A stretch of 64,000 bases of DNA from Candidatus Hydrothermarchaeum profundi (GTDB lineage: Archaea > Hydrothermarchaeota > Hydrothermarchaeia > Hydrothermarchaeales > Hydrothermarchaeaceae), in assembly GCA_002011125.2 (NCBI GenBank), contig MTMF02000009.1, positions 1,352,989 to 1,416,988 of the forward strand, in the 5' to 3' direction. The position numbers and the translations under genes are program-made. This document shows, piece after piece, positions 25,446-35,081 of the stretch. Every line of letters starts with the position of its first letter. Within the stretch, counting starts at the first letter, position 1. The notes beneath the pieces were generated by a model. The model was not told the DNA's origin and made no database searches. It saw nothing but the letters and a program-made list of their open reading frames with translations.

Positions 25446-27821
25446 AAATATTCTTGGCGCATCTCCGTATTCTACCTCTTTTATACTATGCATTTCTTTT
25501 AGATCTTTTTCAAATGGTTTAAGTACTTCCGGTAAGACAACTTTCTCTACCGGAGATTTTAACGAAAGGCCCGCTTCTTTCTTCTTTTTCCATATTAGGC
25601 TATTTATCTCAAGGATATCTGATGTTTTTATTTCTAATTCATAATCTTCCTCGACCTTTGGAAACTCTGTAAAGTGGATATCTTCGCCTCGGAGTTCCAT
25701 ATATAGTTTGTAAGTTATAAAAGGCACTATAGGAGCCAGTAATTTTAATATAGCCTCTAAGCACTTGTTCAAAGTGTATATAGCCGCATTTTGTTCTTCT
25801 TGGCTAAATTTACCCTCGTGGTTATATGCTCTATTCTTTACCATTTCTAAATAGTGGGATGCAAAAGTCTCCCACAGGAAATGTTTTATCCTTATGGCAG
25901 GATTATGAAAGTCATATTTCTCATATCTCTCTCTCGTGAACTTTATCAGCTTATTAATCTCTGAAAGTATCCATTTATCTGATTCCATCAGCTTATATTT
26001 CCCCTCTACTTTTGGGAATAGAGATATAAAGCGAGCTAAGTTCCAGAGCTTTGTAAGCGTTTTTTTCGTTCCAGCTATTCTTTGAAAAGAACATCTAAAG
26101 TCTGTTCTATCTAAGTTACCCTCTACGGCGGCCCATAATCTAAATGGCTCTGCCCCAAACTCGTCGAGTACGTCCTTAGGATCAATCACGTTCCCCACAG
26201 ATTTACTCATCTTTCGTCCTTTTTCGTCAACAATATGGTAGTTTATCCAGACATCCTTGAAAATCACCTTCCCTGTGAGCAAATAATCTTTTAAAACGGT
26301 ATAATATAGCCAGGTCCTTATGATTTCTTTCCCTTGTGGACGGAGGGAGCACGGAGAGTTTTTTTCAAAAAACTCTGGGTCCCTTGAATATTTCAGTATA
26401 TATAGGGGAGTTATAGATGAATCGAACCAAGTATCAAATACTCTCTCATCGCCTTTAAATTCTGAAGACCCGCATCTTGGGCAGTTTTTAACCGGAGCTA
26501 TGTCTTTCCAAGGCTTATAATAACGGCCTTTTTTAGGAACTATTATCTCTCCACAGTTTTTGCAGTGCCACACAGGTACTTCAGTTGCATAATATCTCCT
26601 GCGCGATATAGGCCAATCTATCTTTATAGAGTCGATCCAATCTAGTAAGATCTGTCTACTTTGGGGCGCATAAAAATTCATCTGATAAGCGAGTTTCCGC
26701 ATTTCATCCTTGTAATCCAATTGCTTTAGATAGAATTCTTCCATTTCAATAAATTCTATATCATCTCCCGATCTCTCGCAAGTAGGGGTTCTATGCACAA
26801 TTTCATGTTGTCTTACAAGTAAACCTCTCTTCTTTAGCTCTTCAATCATTTTTTTTCTAGCTTCTTTTACAGGTAGCCCTGCAAGAAATCCAGCGTTTTC
26901 ATTCATTTTACCATCTTGGTTTATTGCTATCGTAGGCTCAAGTCCCATTTCTATAAAGAATCTAATATCTGAGGTATCCCCAGCAGAACACATCATAACC
27001 AGGCCTGTGCCTTTCTCCATGTCAGCCATCGGATGAGCTTTAACTGGGACTTCCTTCTCAAATATTGGGGTAATGGCAGTTTTACCCTCCAATCGTTGGT
27101 ATCTTTCATCCTTGGGATTAAAAATCACCATGCCACAGGTACACACAAGCTCTGGCCTAGTTGTACTTATTATTATTTCCTCCCCAGTTTCTTTTATCTT
27201 AAAGATAATATCATTAAAAGTGGTAGGCTCTTCCTTGTAAACGATCTCAGCATCCGCTATAGTTGTTCTACATCCAGGACAATAATTTGTAATTCTTTTG
27301 TCTATGTATATTAGGCCTTTGTTCCAGAGATCTATGAAGGTCTCTTGAGTAAGGGTTCTATAATCTTCAGAGTCAGTTTCATATACTTCACCTAGTCCCG
27401 TACCAATCTCGAAAGAGTTAAAACTTATACCTAATCTCAAAAAAGATTCTATAGTTTTAGTGCCAGCATCTTCTAGTACCCCCTTACAAAGTTCAATGAA
27501 TTTTTCTCTAGGCGTTTCAGACAGCTTAATACCATATTTCTTTTCAGTTGCCATTTCAATAGGTAAACCATTCTTGTCAAGTCCAAGGGGGAATAAGACA
27601 TTATAACCTATCATCCTCCGGAATCTAGCGAACATATCCATAATCACGTAGGTTGTAGCTTGGCCGATATGTACTGGGGTGTTAACATAAGGAGGGGGGG
27701 TATCTATAGAATAAACAGGTTTGTCGCTTTTCTTATTAAATGCGTAGAGTTTTTCTTCTTTCCACTTAGTGTATATCTCCTCTTCAAACTCTTTTTTCCA
27801 TCTTTTTTCTTTAATTGGCAT
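25434..27821 (-). CDS. valS: Valyl-tRNA synthetase
   Basis: SIDTPPPY, HIGQ, TTRPE, GTGLVM, DWPISRRR, DTWFDSS, PQGKEIIRTW, KMSKS. Confidence 0.93.
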   Translation of the reverse strand: MPIKEKRWKKEFEEEIYTKWKEEKLYAFNKKSDKPVYSIDTPPPYVNTPVHIGQATTYVIMDMFARFRRMIGYNVLFPLGLDKNGLPIEMATEKKYGIKLSETPREKFIELCKGVLEDAGTKTIESFLRLGISFNSFEIGTGLGEVYETDSEDYRTLTQETFIDLWNKGLIYIDKRITNYCPGCRTTIADAEIVYKEEPTTFNDIIFKIKETGEEIIISTTRPELVCTCGMVIFNPKDERYQRLEGKTAITPIFEKEVPVKAHPMADMEKGTGLVMMCSAGDTSDIRFFIEMGLEPTIAINQDGKMNENAGFLAGLPVKEARKKMIEELKKRGLLVRQHEIVHRTPTCERSGDDIEFIEMEEFYLKQLDYKDEMRKLAYQMNFYAPQSRQILLDWIDSIKIDWPISRRRYYATEVPVWHCKNCGEIIVPKKGRYYKPWKDIAPVKNCPRCGSSEFKGDERVFDTWFDSSITPLYILKYSRDPEFFEKNSPCSLRPQGKEIIRTWLYYTVLKDYLLTGKVIFKDVWINYHIVDEKGRKMSKSVGNVIDPKDVLDEFGAEPFRLWAAVEGNLDRTDFRCSFQRIAGTKKTLTKLWNLARFISLFPKVEGKYKLMESDKWILSEINKLIKFTRERYEKYDFHNPAIRIKHFLWETFASHYLEMVKNRAYNHEGKFSQEEQNAAIYTLNKCLEAILKLLAPIVPFITYKLYMELRGEDIHFTEFPKVEEDYELEIKTSDILEINSLIWKKKKEAGLSLKSPVEKVVLPEVLKPFEKDLKEMHSIKEVEYGDAPRIFLGK

Positions 27822-27851
27822 ATTGGTCTCACTGAAAAGATCCCATGATAT

Positions 27852-28610
27852 TTAAATTTTGAGCTTCATTTCATCTTTAGCTGCTATAGTATTTATTCCG
27901 GTTTCCTTCTGTGCTCTTCTAGCCTCATTATCTGCGATATCGATCATTTTCAATCCAAAGTGCTGAATTATAGCGAGTTCAGGTTTTGCTTCTTTACAAA
28001 TCTTTATGACATCATCTATACATAGATGCCAAGCTATTCTTTCGTTTCTAGGCCGAATTACGTTAAAGATAATTACATTTGCATTTTTATAATAGTTGGA
28101 TATTCCTTCAAAATATTGTGTGTCAGATGTATAGACTATAGTACCATTATCTTTAGTTAAAAACTTTAATCCAACCGTTGTTGGATCACTATGTTTTGTA
28201 GGCAAACACTCTACCCGGCATCCTCCTATATCAAAAGACTCCCTTGGTTTCATCACAATTTTTTTTCCTACTTTTTGCTGGTGATAAGCGGAGATAGCTG
28301 GTCCGAGGTTGTCTATCCCTATTAATGTGCTTTCACTTCCGGCGAGGATCCCTTTTTTTAGGGTCATACCCTTGGTCATAGCTTCGATAAGAATCTCTGC
28401 GTCATTGTAATGGTCAGGATGGCAGTGTGTCACGACGACGGCATCCGTTTTTATTGGGCTAATATTCATTTTTTTCATTGCTACTAAGGCACCGGGGCCT
28501 GGGTCAATGTGTATGTTATTTCTTGAATGTAATCTGAAACCACCTGTTTGGAGGCGCTGTAAGAGCGTGGTCCATCTACCTCCTCCCGAACCCAGAAAGA
28601 CTAATTCCAC
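27852..28610 (-). CDS. MBL-fold metallohydrolase
   Basis: FLGSGGG, IDPGPGA, THCHPDH, YTSDT. Confidence 0.88.
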   Translation of the reverse strand: MELVFLGSGGGRWTTLLQRLQTGGFRLHSRNNIHIDPGPGALVAMKKMNISPIKTDAVVVTHCHPDHYNDAEILIEAMTKGMTLKKGILAGSESTLIGIDNLGPAISAYHQQKVGKKIVMKPRESFDIGGCRVECLPTKHSDPTTVGLKFLTKDNGTIVYTSDTQYFEGISNYYKNANVIIFNVIRPRNERIAWHLCIDDVIKICKEAKPELAIIQHFGLKMIDIADNEARRAQKETGINTIAAKDEMKLKI

Positions 28611-28660
28611 ACTATCACAGGAAATTCATAGTAGAGAAAAGTTTAATAAATTTTTCTAAT

Positions 28661-30376
28661 TTAGAGAAGGGAGAATATTTGGTGAAAAAAGAGCTTTATA
28701 CCTTCAATATTAAGGGGATATGAGATCGTATAAATATTATTAGATCTATCGGATTCCAAAATCCAATGGTCTTTATCAATTTTAATATACTCAGGTTTAG
28801 CTTCTGTTTCAAACGATACTTGTTCTTTCAAGTTTCGCATCCAAACTTTTTTAGTAATCTCGCCATCGGCAGTGTATAACGTGACATCAATCGGCATCTC
28901 TGTTATATCACCTACCTGCGCTATTTTGACTATGACAGAATGTCCTTTTGTAATTGCGCTTTCAACTTTATAATCCGGTAAATTAGTGCCGTATACCCAC
29001 TGCTTAAAAAACCAGCTAAGGTCTTTTCCAGAGACTCTCTCACTTACTTTCTGGAAGTCCTCAACAGATGAACTTTTTCCAGAATACTGGCTTGCGAAGC
29101 TTTCCATTATACTTTTAAAGGTATTGTCCCCCACGACGTATCTTAACATGTGGAGTACAAGTGCGCCTTTAGAATAAACAACGGCATGGTAGATCCCTCC
29201 ACCATACTCCTCCTCAACCCTTGTAATTGGCAGGTCTCCAAGTTCAGTGACTTTATCCAAATATTCTTTTCTCTTCTTTTCTAAAGCGGAGATCAATGCA
29301 TCTCTCCCATACTTATCTTCTAGGAACATGGCTCCAGAATATGTAGCAAATCCTTCCAATAACCAGTAGTGCTGCTCTGTTGGTGATTCCTCGATTTCTG
29401 GTTTAGGGGGGGTAAGGATCATACTGAATTTCTCAATAGATCTTAAGCTAGGCTCTCCTTTAGCGAATACCAGTGCTCCCCACCAATTATGGGCGATTTC
29501 ATGGGCAATGAATTCGGGTGAAGGTTCTTTTCTAAAAATGCCTGCCGAGAGCATTATTAGCCCTTGATCGCCATGTCCTCCGTAAAAGAATTCAGGGATC
29601 TCTACAACTGAAAATTTTTGAAAGGGATAACACCCAAAAGCCGAGGAGTAAAATTCTATGATATCGGATGAAAGTTTAAATGATTTTTCTGCACGGAAGT
29701 ATTCTTCCGGATAAAGATAATACTCTACCTCTAAAAATTTATGAGGACAGTTCTGAATAAATATCTCTCTCTTTGCTTGAAGATATTTTCCAGAAGCGAA
29801 GGAGATACCACGGGTCGGATTTTTAATATCCCAAACAAAGGTTTTATAAGCGTTTTCTTTGAGTACTTCAACTAATTCTCCTACAGTGACCGCTGTTTCG
29901 TCTTCTGGAACTGTAAGTGATATTCTAGCAGTAGCTCTGTCGCCCCAGATTAGTGGGTACCACACGGACTCATAGATCATATAACTACCTTCCCTGCCTA
30001 TGTAACCCCATATAAATTTTCCAGATTGAAAATTAGTATCAGAGATACCTGAATATTCGAAAGTAAGTGTTTCAAGGGTTCCATTTTTAAGTGTTTTTTC
30101 TAAAGTCACTTCTATCTTGTTATCGTGTCTCTCAAAATGCAAAGGTCTACTTTTACTATCTGTTATCCTTGAGATAGAAAGGTCCTTATTTAAAAAAAAG
30201 GCCACTTTATCTATATCTCCGAGAGCTTTTATCTCGAGAGATATCTTTGCAGTGAATTTGTGTTCTTGGGGAAGTAAATTTATATGAAAGTCGTAGTGTT
30301 GTATATCAACATTATTTTCAGCATAAGCTATTGGTAGCATAAATAAAAAGATAACTCCAACGAGTATTACTCTCAT
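28661..30376 (-). CDS. Secreted M1-family (gluzincin) metallopeptidase
   Basis: Signal peptide, HEIAHNWWG, WLLEGFATY, VYSKGALVLHMLR, FFKQW. Confidence 0.88.
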   Translation of the reverse strand: MRVILVGVIFLFMLPIAYAENNVDIQHYDFHINLLPQEHKFTAKISLEIKALGDIDKVAFFLNKDLSISRITDSKSRPLHFERHDNKIEVTLEKTLKNGTLETLTFEYSGISDTNFQSGKFIWGYIGREGSYMIYESVWYPLIWGDRATARISLTVPEDETAVTVGELVEVLKENAYKTFVWDIKNPTRGISFASGKYLQAKREIFIQNCPHKFLEVEYYLYPEEYFRAEKSFKLSSDIIEFYSSAFGCYPFQKFSVVEIPEFFYGGHGDQGLIMLSAGIFRKEPSPEFIAHEIAHNWWGALVFAKGEPSLRSIEKFSMILTPPKPEIEESPTEQHYWLLEGFATYSGAMFLEDKYGRDALISALEKKRKEYLDKVTELGDLPITRVEEEYGGGIYHAVVYSKGALVLHMLRYVVGDNTFKSIMESFASQYSGKSSSVEDFQKVSERVSGKDLSWFFKQWVYGTNLPDYKVESAITKGHSVIVKIAQVGDITEMPIDVTLYTADGEITKKVWMRNLKEQVSFETEAKPEYIKIDKDHWILESDRSNNIYTISYPLNIEGIKLFFHQIFSLL

Positions 30377-30598
30377 CCTATCTCCTTCCTCAGGACCCTG
30401 GGGGGAAGAGCGATCAAACTTTGCATTATATTGGCCGAGATGTCATATATAAATTATTCTATTAAAAAAGATTTAGTTAAACTGGAATCCTTCTTTTTTA
30501 TACGTTTATATCGTCTTTAGCGGTTTTCTAGGGGTAAATGGTATAATTTATATTTGTGGCATAGTATGCAAGTCATATCATCTAATTAGAAAGTAATT

Positions 30599-31531
30599 CT
30601 ATTGATGTAAGAGCTGAGATAAAAGCTCACTAATGTCGGCTTCTGCTACACATACGTACTTGTCTGCTGCACCGTAGTAGACTAGTAGTCGGCCGTCAAT
30701 AACAACGGCGGCTTCTGGGAAAACTACATTTTGAACATCGCCATGCTTCTCGTATTCCTCCCTAGGCTCTAACACAGGTTTTTTAGTTCTACTAATAACG
30801 ATGCTAGGGTTTCTAGAGTCTAGGAGGGCTATACCTGCACGGTATACCTTCTTATTATCAACACCGTGATAAATGAGGAGCCACCCTTCTTCAGTTTTTA
30901 TTGGAGGTGAACCCGCGCCAACTTTGAATTCTTCCCATTTTTCTTCTGGTTTTAATAAAAGTTTATGGTTTTTCCAATCTCGGAGATTCTTGGAATAAGC
31001 TATCCAAATACTCGGTTTAGCTGTGCCATACTCTTTCCCAATCCAATTGTGAGGACGATGAAGCATAACGTATGAGCCATCTATTTTTTCGGGAAATAAT
31101 ACTACATCTCTGTCATCAGCTCCTGGCGGGGTTATTACTCCTATCTTGTGGAATTTTTTGAAATCCCTAGTTTTAGCAAGAGCTGTTCGTGGTGGACCTC
31201 CTCCTTGCCTTGCGGGTTTTTTAAGGGCAACGTAAGTCATATATACTTCGCCCTCTATCTTGGTTATTCTAGGGTCCTCACATCCCCACTTGTCATATTC
31301 TCTATCAGGTTGAAAAACTGGGTTAGTGGATACTCTTCTAAAAACGTAGCCATCTTCACTTATAGCATATCCTATCCTAGATATGTAGTAGTCATATTCC
31401 CCAATAGCACGGTAAAGTAGATGAATTCTTCCTTCCGTGTATAACGCCGCAGGATTAAATACTGCTTTTGATTCCCACCAGTTCTTGGAGATCGGCTTTA
31501 GTACTGGATTAAATTTGTAACGCACAAGCAT
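30599..31531 (-). CDS. GH130 family beta-mannoside phosphorylase-like protein
   Basis: VFNPAA, LLYRA, GCEDPRI, VLFPEKI, LHRP, KVGAG.PPIKT..GWLLIYHG, GDVQNVVFP, YYGAAD. Confidence 0.9.
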   Translation of the reverse strand: MLVRYKFNPVLKPISKNWWESKAVFNPAALYTEGRIHLLYRAIGEYDYYISRIGYAISEDGYVFRRVSTNPVFQPDREYDKWGCEDPRITKIEGEVYMTYVALKKPARQGGGPPRTALAKTRDFKKFHKIGVITPPGADDRDVVLFPEKIDGSYVMLHRPHNWIGKEYGTAKPSIWIAYSKNLRDWKNHKLLLKPEEKWEEFKVGAGSPPIKTEEGWLLIYHGVDNKKVYRAGIALLDSRNPSIVISRTKKPVLEPREEYEKHGDVQNVVFPEAAVVIDGRLLVYYGAADKYVCVAEADISELLSQLLHQ

Positions 31532-31590
31532 AGCTTACTCTACCTTGCAATTTCTATTATTTTAGAATCACATAAAAAAGAATTTTAAAA

Positions 31591-32616
31591 CTATAGTCTG
31601 TTTTTATCGAGGATGCTCATAATCTCGCTAATATCGATTTCTCCTATGCCTATGACTGAGTCTGTGGCGCCATACGATATTAAAATCGTGTCATCTATCT
31701 TAGCAGCGCCGCAAGGGAAAACAACGTGAGGTCTGTCTCCGTATATTTCATATATTTCCTTTGGGGCCATTATATAGTTGGGTGTGATGGCGGCCACTTT
31801 AGAATCATGGGTTAACACAGCAAAAACACGGTAAGATTGTGTATCCCTATCTACACCGTGCAATAATATAAGATTTTCATTGTCTATTTTTATAGGCGGG
31901 GTCGCCCATCCTACCTTTTGCTCAAAATCGGCAGGTTCAAAGGCCGTTAGGGTATCTTGGACTCTGATTTCTTCTAGTTGATCTGTATTAATATTATTGC
32001 TTACTTTGCTTATCGTTAGATAAAACTTCCCATCTGTGAGGTGTAGTCTATGAAAAAGAAGGAGCTCATTATCTTCTTTTACTAAAAACGCATTTTTGTC
32101 ACTTATTACATATTCCTTTAATTTCTCAGGCATTCTAAAAACTAAAATCTTTTTCCACTTGCCGGATTTATAAGCAGCCGTTACTGGAAGCGTCCTTTCG
32201 TGTTTAATAATAGGATTGAAATAATTTACTGTTCTACCACAGTAGGTCATTAGGAGTTCCCCCTCTAGTTCATAAACGCGTGGATCTTCCACTCCCCAAT
32301 AGTCGTACTTACAGTCAGGGTACACCTTTATTTCTGCCTCGTAGAATTTATTCGAGTTAGAATAAATATCGCTTAAAGGGAGAGTAATTTGAGCTACTGC
32401 ACTTGAATAAGTGTAATATCCTAGAATAATCCGAGCGTATAATCTAACTTGATCACCATTAATAGCTAAAGAGGGATTAAAGATAGTAGCAGGTTTCGCT
32501 ACTGGATGACCTACTAATCTTATTCTATCTGCTGTAATTACTTTAAGTCTCCTAACAATATCTATTGTTTTAAACTCTCTTTTCTCCTTTGGTTCTTTAT
32601 GTATTACCTCAAACAT
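31591..32616 (-). CDS. Second, divergent GH130 family protein
   Basis: IFNPS, GVEDPRV, LFHR, KVGWATPP, LLHG, GDRPHVVFPCG, SYGATD. Probable start is ATG 32616; the ORF track extends to 32664. Confidence 0.85.
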   Translation of the reverse strand: MFEVIHKEPKEKREFKTIDIVRRLKVITADRIRLVGHPVAKPATIFNPSLAINGDQVRLYARIILGYYTYSSAVAQITLPLSDIYSNSNKFYEAEIKVYPDCKYDYWGVEDPRVYELEGELLMTYCGRTVNYFNPIIKHERTLPVTAAYKSGKWKKILVFRMPEKLKEYVISDKNAFLVKEDNELLLFHRLHLTDGKFYLTISKVSNNINTDQLEEIRVQDTLTAFEPADFEQKVGWATPPIKIDNENLILLHGVDRDTQSYRVFAVLTHDSKVAAITPNYIMAPKEIYEIYGDRPHVVFPCGAAKIDDTILISYGATDSVIGIGEIDISEIMSILDKNRL

Positions 32617-32766
32617 GACGTGGTAGTTTAAATGAAACCTTTTTTTAATTTTTTGCTTAATCAAATACTAGATTTATGGTTTTGGTGGTTCCTAAAATTT
32701 TTTTAAATAGTTATTGTTTTTTTCTTCTAACAGGGATTTTTGTTTTAATAGTTGGGGGTGGTAGCA

Positions 32767-33912
32767 GTGAAAATAGGCATGATGACCAGATGGAACTCAG
32801 CTTGTGGAGTTTCTGTGCACGCAGAACTAATTGGGAGAGAATGGGTGTCGAGAGGACATGAGTTGAAAATTTTCGCCCCCATAGAGTATAGCGAGACCGT
32901 TAATATTGAACTTCAGGATGAGGATTATGTCACGAGATGTTATAGATTAGATGGATACTATAGAAAGAAGAAAGCGTATATGTATCGTGCACAGGAGCCG
33001 CCTTATTTTGATCCAGAGCCTTTTCTACAAGATGATTACGATGTATTTGTAATACAAAATCTAGAGATAATGCCAATGAAAGAACTCTTAAAAATTTATC
33101 CAGAAATAAGAAAAGGGACATCGACTGTATTTGTAGTTCATGAAGGAAGACTGCCAGATGACCCTCTGTTCTATAAGTTTGATTTTGATGCGGTAGTATG
33201 CTTTGATGAGCGATATAAGAACTTCCTTAAAAAGATTTACCCTGAGGAAAAAATCCATATTATACCCTATCCCTGTTATCCTCCTATTGAGGGTGACAAA
33301 GCTATTGCGAGAGAAAAGCTCAAGTTACCTGAGGACTTGGCTGTCATATTTAACTATGGTATAGGTATTTTTAGACATCTTCATTTACTACCCTCCATTA
33401 AGAGAGTGGCTAAGAAGTACCCATTACGATTCTTGGTTTTAACGGATCACCCTGATTGGTATGAACTCTTTGATACTGTAAAGCAAAAATATGACTTTGT
33501 AGATCTACGAAGAGGCGCACCGGAGATTCAGGAGCTATATGAGTATTTATCTGCCTCAGATGCGCTCCTTTTCCACAAGGACCATAGCCCAAATGTAGTA
33601 GTTTCAAGTAGCGCTTATTTATGTATGGGTTCTCTTTGTCCGATTATTGCATACGATTCAAACTATTTTGAAACACTGGATAAAGAGGTGATAAAATATC
33701 GGTCGCTTATTGAGTTAGAAGAAAAACTTGAGTCTATTATCAAAGGCGATGAAATAGTTGAAGAGACAAAACAGGCAGCAAAGCGATATGTAGAGTTGAA
33801 TTCAAGTGAAAAGATAGCAGAGAAGTTCTTGCAGCTATTTGAGAATTTAATATTGAGTAAACAAGTGATACTTAGTACTCCAACACTGCAAGAAAAACAT
33901 GGGGTGGCGTAA
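32767..33912 (+). CDS. GT-B fold glycosyltransferase (GT4-like), candidate mannosyltransferase
   Basis: MKIGMMTRWN..CGVSVHAELI...GHEL N-terminus, AREKLKLP, YLSASDALL, CPII, S.EKIAEKF. GTG start after GGGGTGG. Confidence 0.8.
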   Translation: MKIGMMTRWNSACGVSVHAELIGREWVSRGHELKIFAPIEYSETVNIELQDEDYVTRCYRLDGYYRKKKAYMYRAQEPPYFDPEPFLQDDYDVFVIQNLEIMPMKELLKIYPEIRKGTSTVFVVHEGRLPDDPLFYKFDFDAVVCFDERYKNFLKKIYPEEKIHIIPYPCYPPIEGDKAIAREKLKLPEDLAVIFNYGIGIFRHLHLLPSIKRVAKKYPLRFLVLTDHPDWYELFDTVKQKYDFVDLRRGAPEIQELYEYLSASDALLFHKDHSPNVVVSSSAYLCMGSLCPIIAYDSNYFETLDKEVIKYRSLIELEEKLESIIKGDEIVEETKQAAKRYVELNSSEKIAEKFLQLFENLILSKQVILSTPTLQEKHGVA

Positions 33913-33932
33913 AGCCCAAGTATCTAGTGTTA

Positions 33933-34943
33933 TTACCTTTCGTAGAAGTCTTTAACTCGCACAGTATCCTGTGGATGGGGGGTAGAGTACTCAAATATCC
34001 TAAGGTTCTTTTTTGCAATGATGCTGTGAACTTTTCCAGGCTCTATATGGATTATGCTACCTGCCGTAGCACTGAGTTTTTTATCCTCATTGGGAAACTC
34101 TATGTATCCCTCTCCTTCCAATACATGCATGCTTTCATCCTTATACCGGTGATAATGTAGACTGGTACGGAAACCTTTCTTTAAATATAGCTCCTTAACT
34201 AGATATTTCTCGTTATTAACGATGATTTTTTCATAGCCCCAAGGCTTATCCATTCTATTCTCATATTCTCTCCTTACAGCCTCTAAGTCCTTCATACCAT
34301 CTACACTACGCCAGAAAACTCCATCCTCAAAGTAGCTTCCGACTTTACGTTCCTCAACTAACTCTGGAAATACGGTCTTCTCTATCTCTTTATGATCATA
34401 TTCCTTTGAGAAGTATGGGAATGCTTCTGTTTTTATATAATATATCCCAGCGTTAATGAAAAGGTCCAGCGGAGGCTTTTCCCTGAAAGAGGTGATAATT
34501 CTATCGTTAAATTCTATTATTCCGTAGGGGCTCTGCATTCGTGTAATAGCGATAGTCATTATTCTATCATTCTTTCTAGCTACATCTACCAAGTTCTTGA
34601 TGTTTATATCAGTAACAACATCCCCGTTCCTCACTACAACATCATTATCAATATCCTGTAAGGCGTTATTAAGAGCCCAAAGAGTACCCATAGGCTTTTC
34701 TTCTGTAAGGTATTTTATTTTAACTCCAAAACGCTCTTTTCCTACCCTCTCTCTTATCTTCTCTTCAAGATAGCTTACGAGCAAGAATACCTCTCCTATC
34801 CCAGCGTACTTGAAATCAAGGATCTGTTTGTCTAGAATAGTATAGCCTTCTTTAATTTCTAGCAACGGTTTAGGGGTTTCGTTAGTCAAAGGCAAAAGGC
34901 GCTTACCATACCCCCCTGCGAAGATGATTCCAGTAACCTCCAT
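33933..34943 (-). CDS. Sugar-1-phosphate nucleotidyltransferase fused to a C-terminal cupin (mannose-1-P guanylyltransferase/PMI-like)
   Basis: AGGYGKRLLPLT..TPKPL, NGD, EKP, INAGIY; cupin KPWGYE...RTSLHYH...E resembling type II phosphomannose isomerase. Confidence 0.82.
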   Translation of the reverse strand: MEVTGIIFAGGYGKRLLPLTNETPKPLLEIKEGYTILDKQILDFKYAGIGEVFLLVSYLEEKIRERVGKERFGVKIKYLTEEKPMGTLWALNNALQDIDNDVVVRNGDVVTDINIKNLVDVARKNDRIMTIAITRMQSPYGIIEFNDRIITSFREKPPLDLFINAGIYYIKTEAFPYFSKEYDHKEIEKTVFPELVEERKVGSYFEDGVFWRSVDGMKDLEAVRREYENRMDKPWGYEKIIVNNEKYLVKELYLKKGFRTSLHYHRYKDESMHVLEGEGYIEFPNEDKKLSATAGSIIHIEPGKVHSIIAKKNLRIFEYSTPHPQDTVRVKDFYER

Positions 34944-35081
34944 CTTCCCACCCCGTCTACCTAAGGCTTAATGAACAAGTGCTAGGTGATGTAAAGCTCC
35001 CCCCTCTGCTAGGGGATGCATTTTATTTCTCAATCTTCTTAAATAAAAAAATCTTTAATGACATGCTAAAAAATTTCTAAC

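Noticed and set aside
34985-35022. G/C hairpin in the leader of the nucleotidyltransferase gene
   Set aside because: Short stem that matches no riboswitch I recognise; may be a simple terminator or chance.
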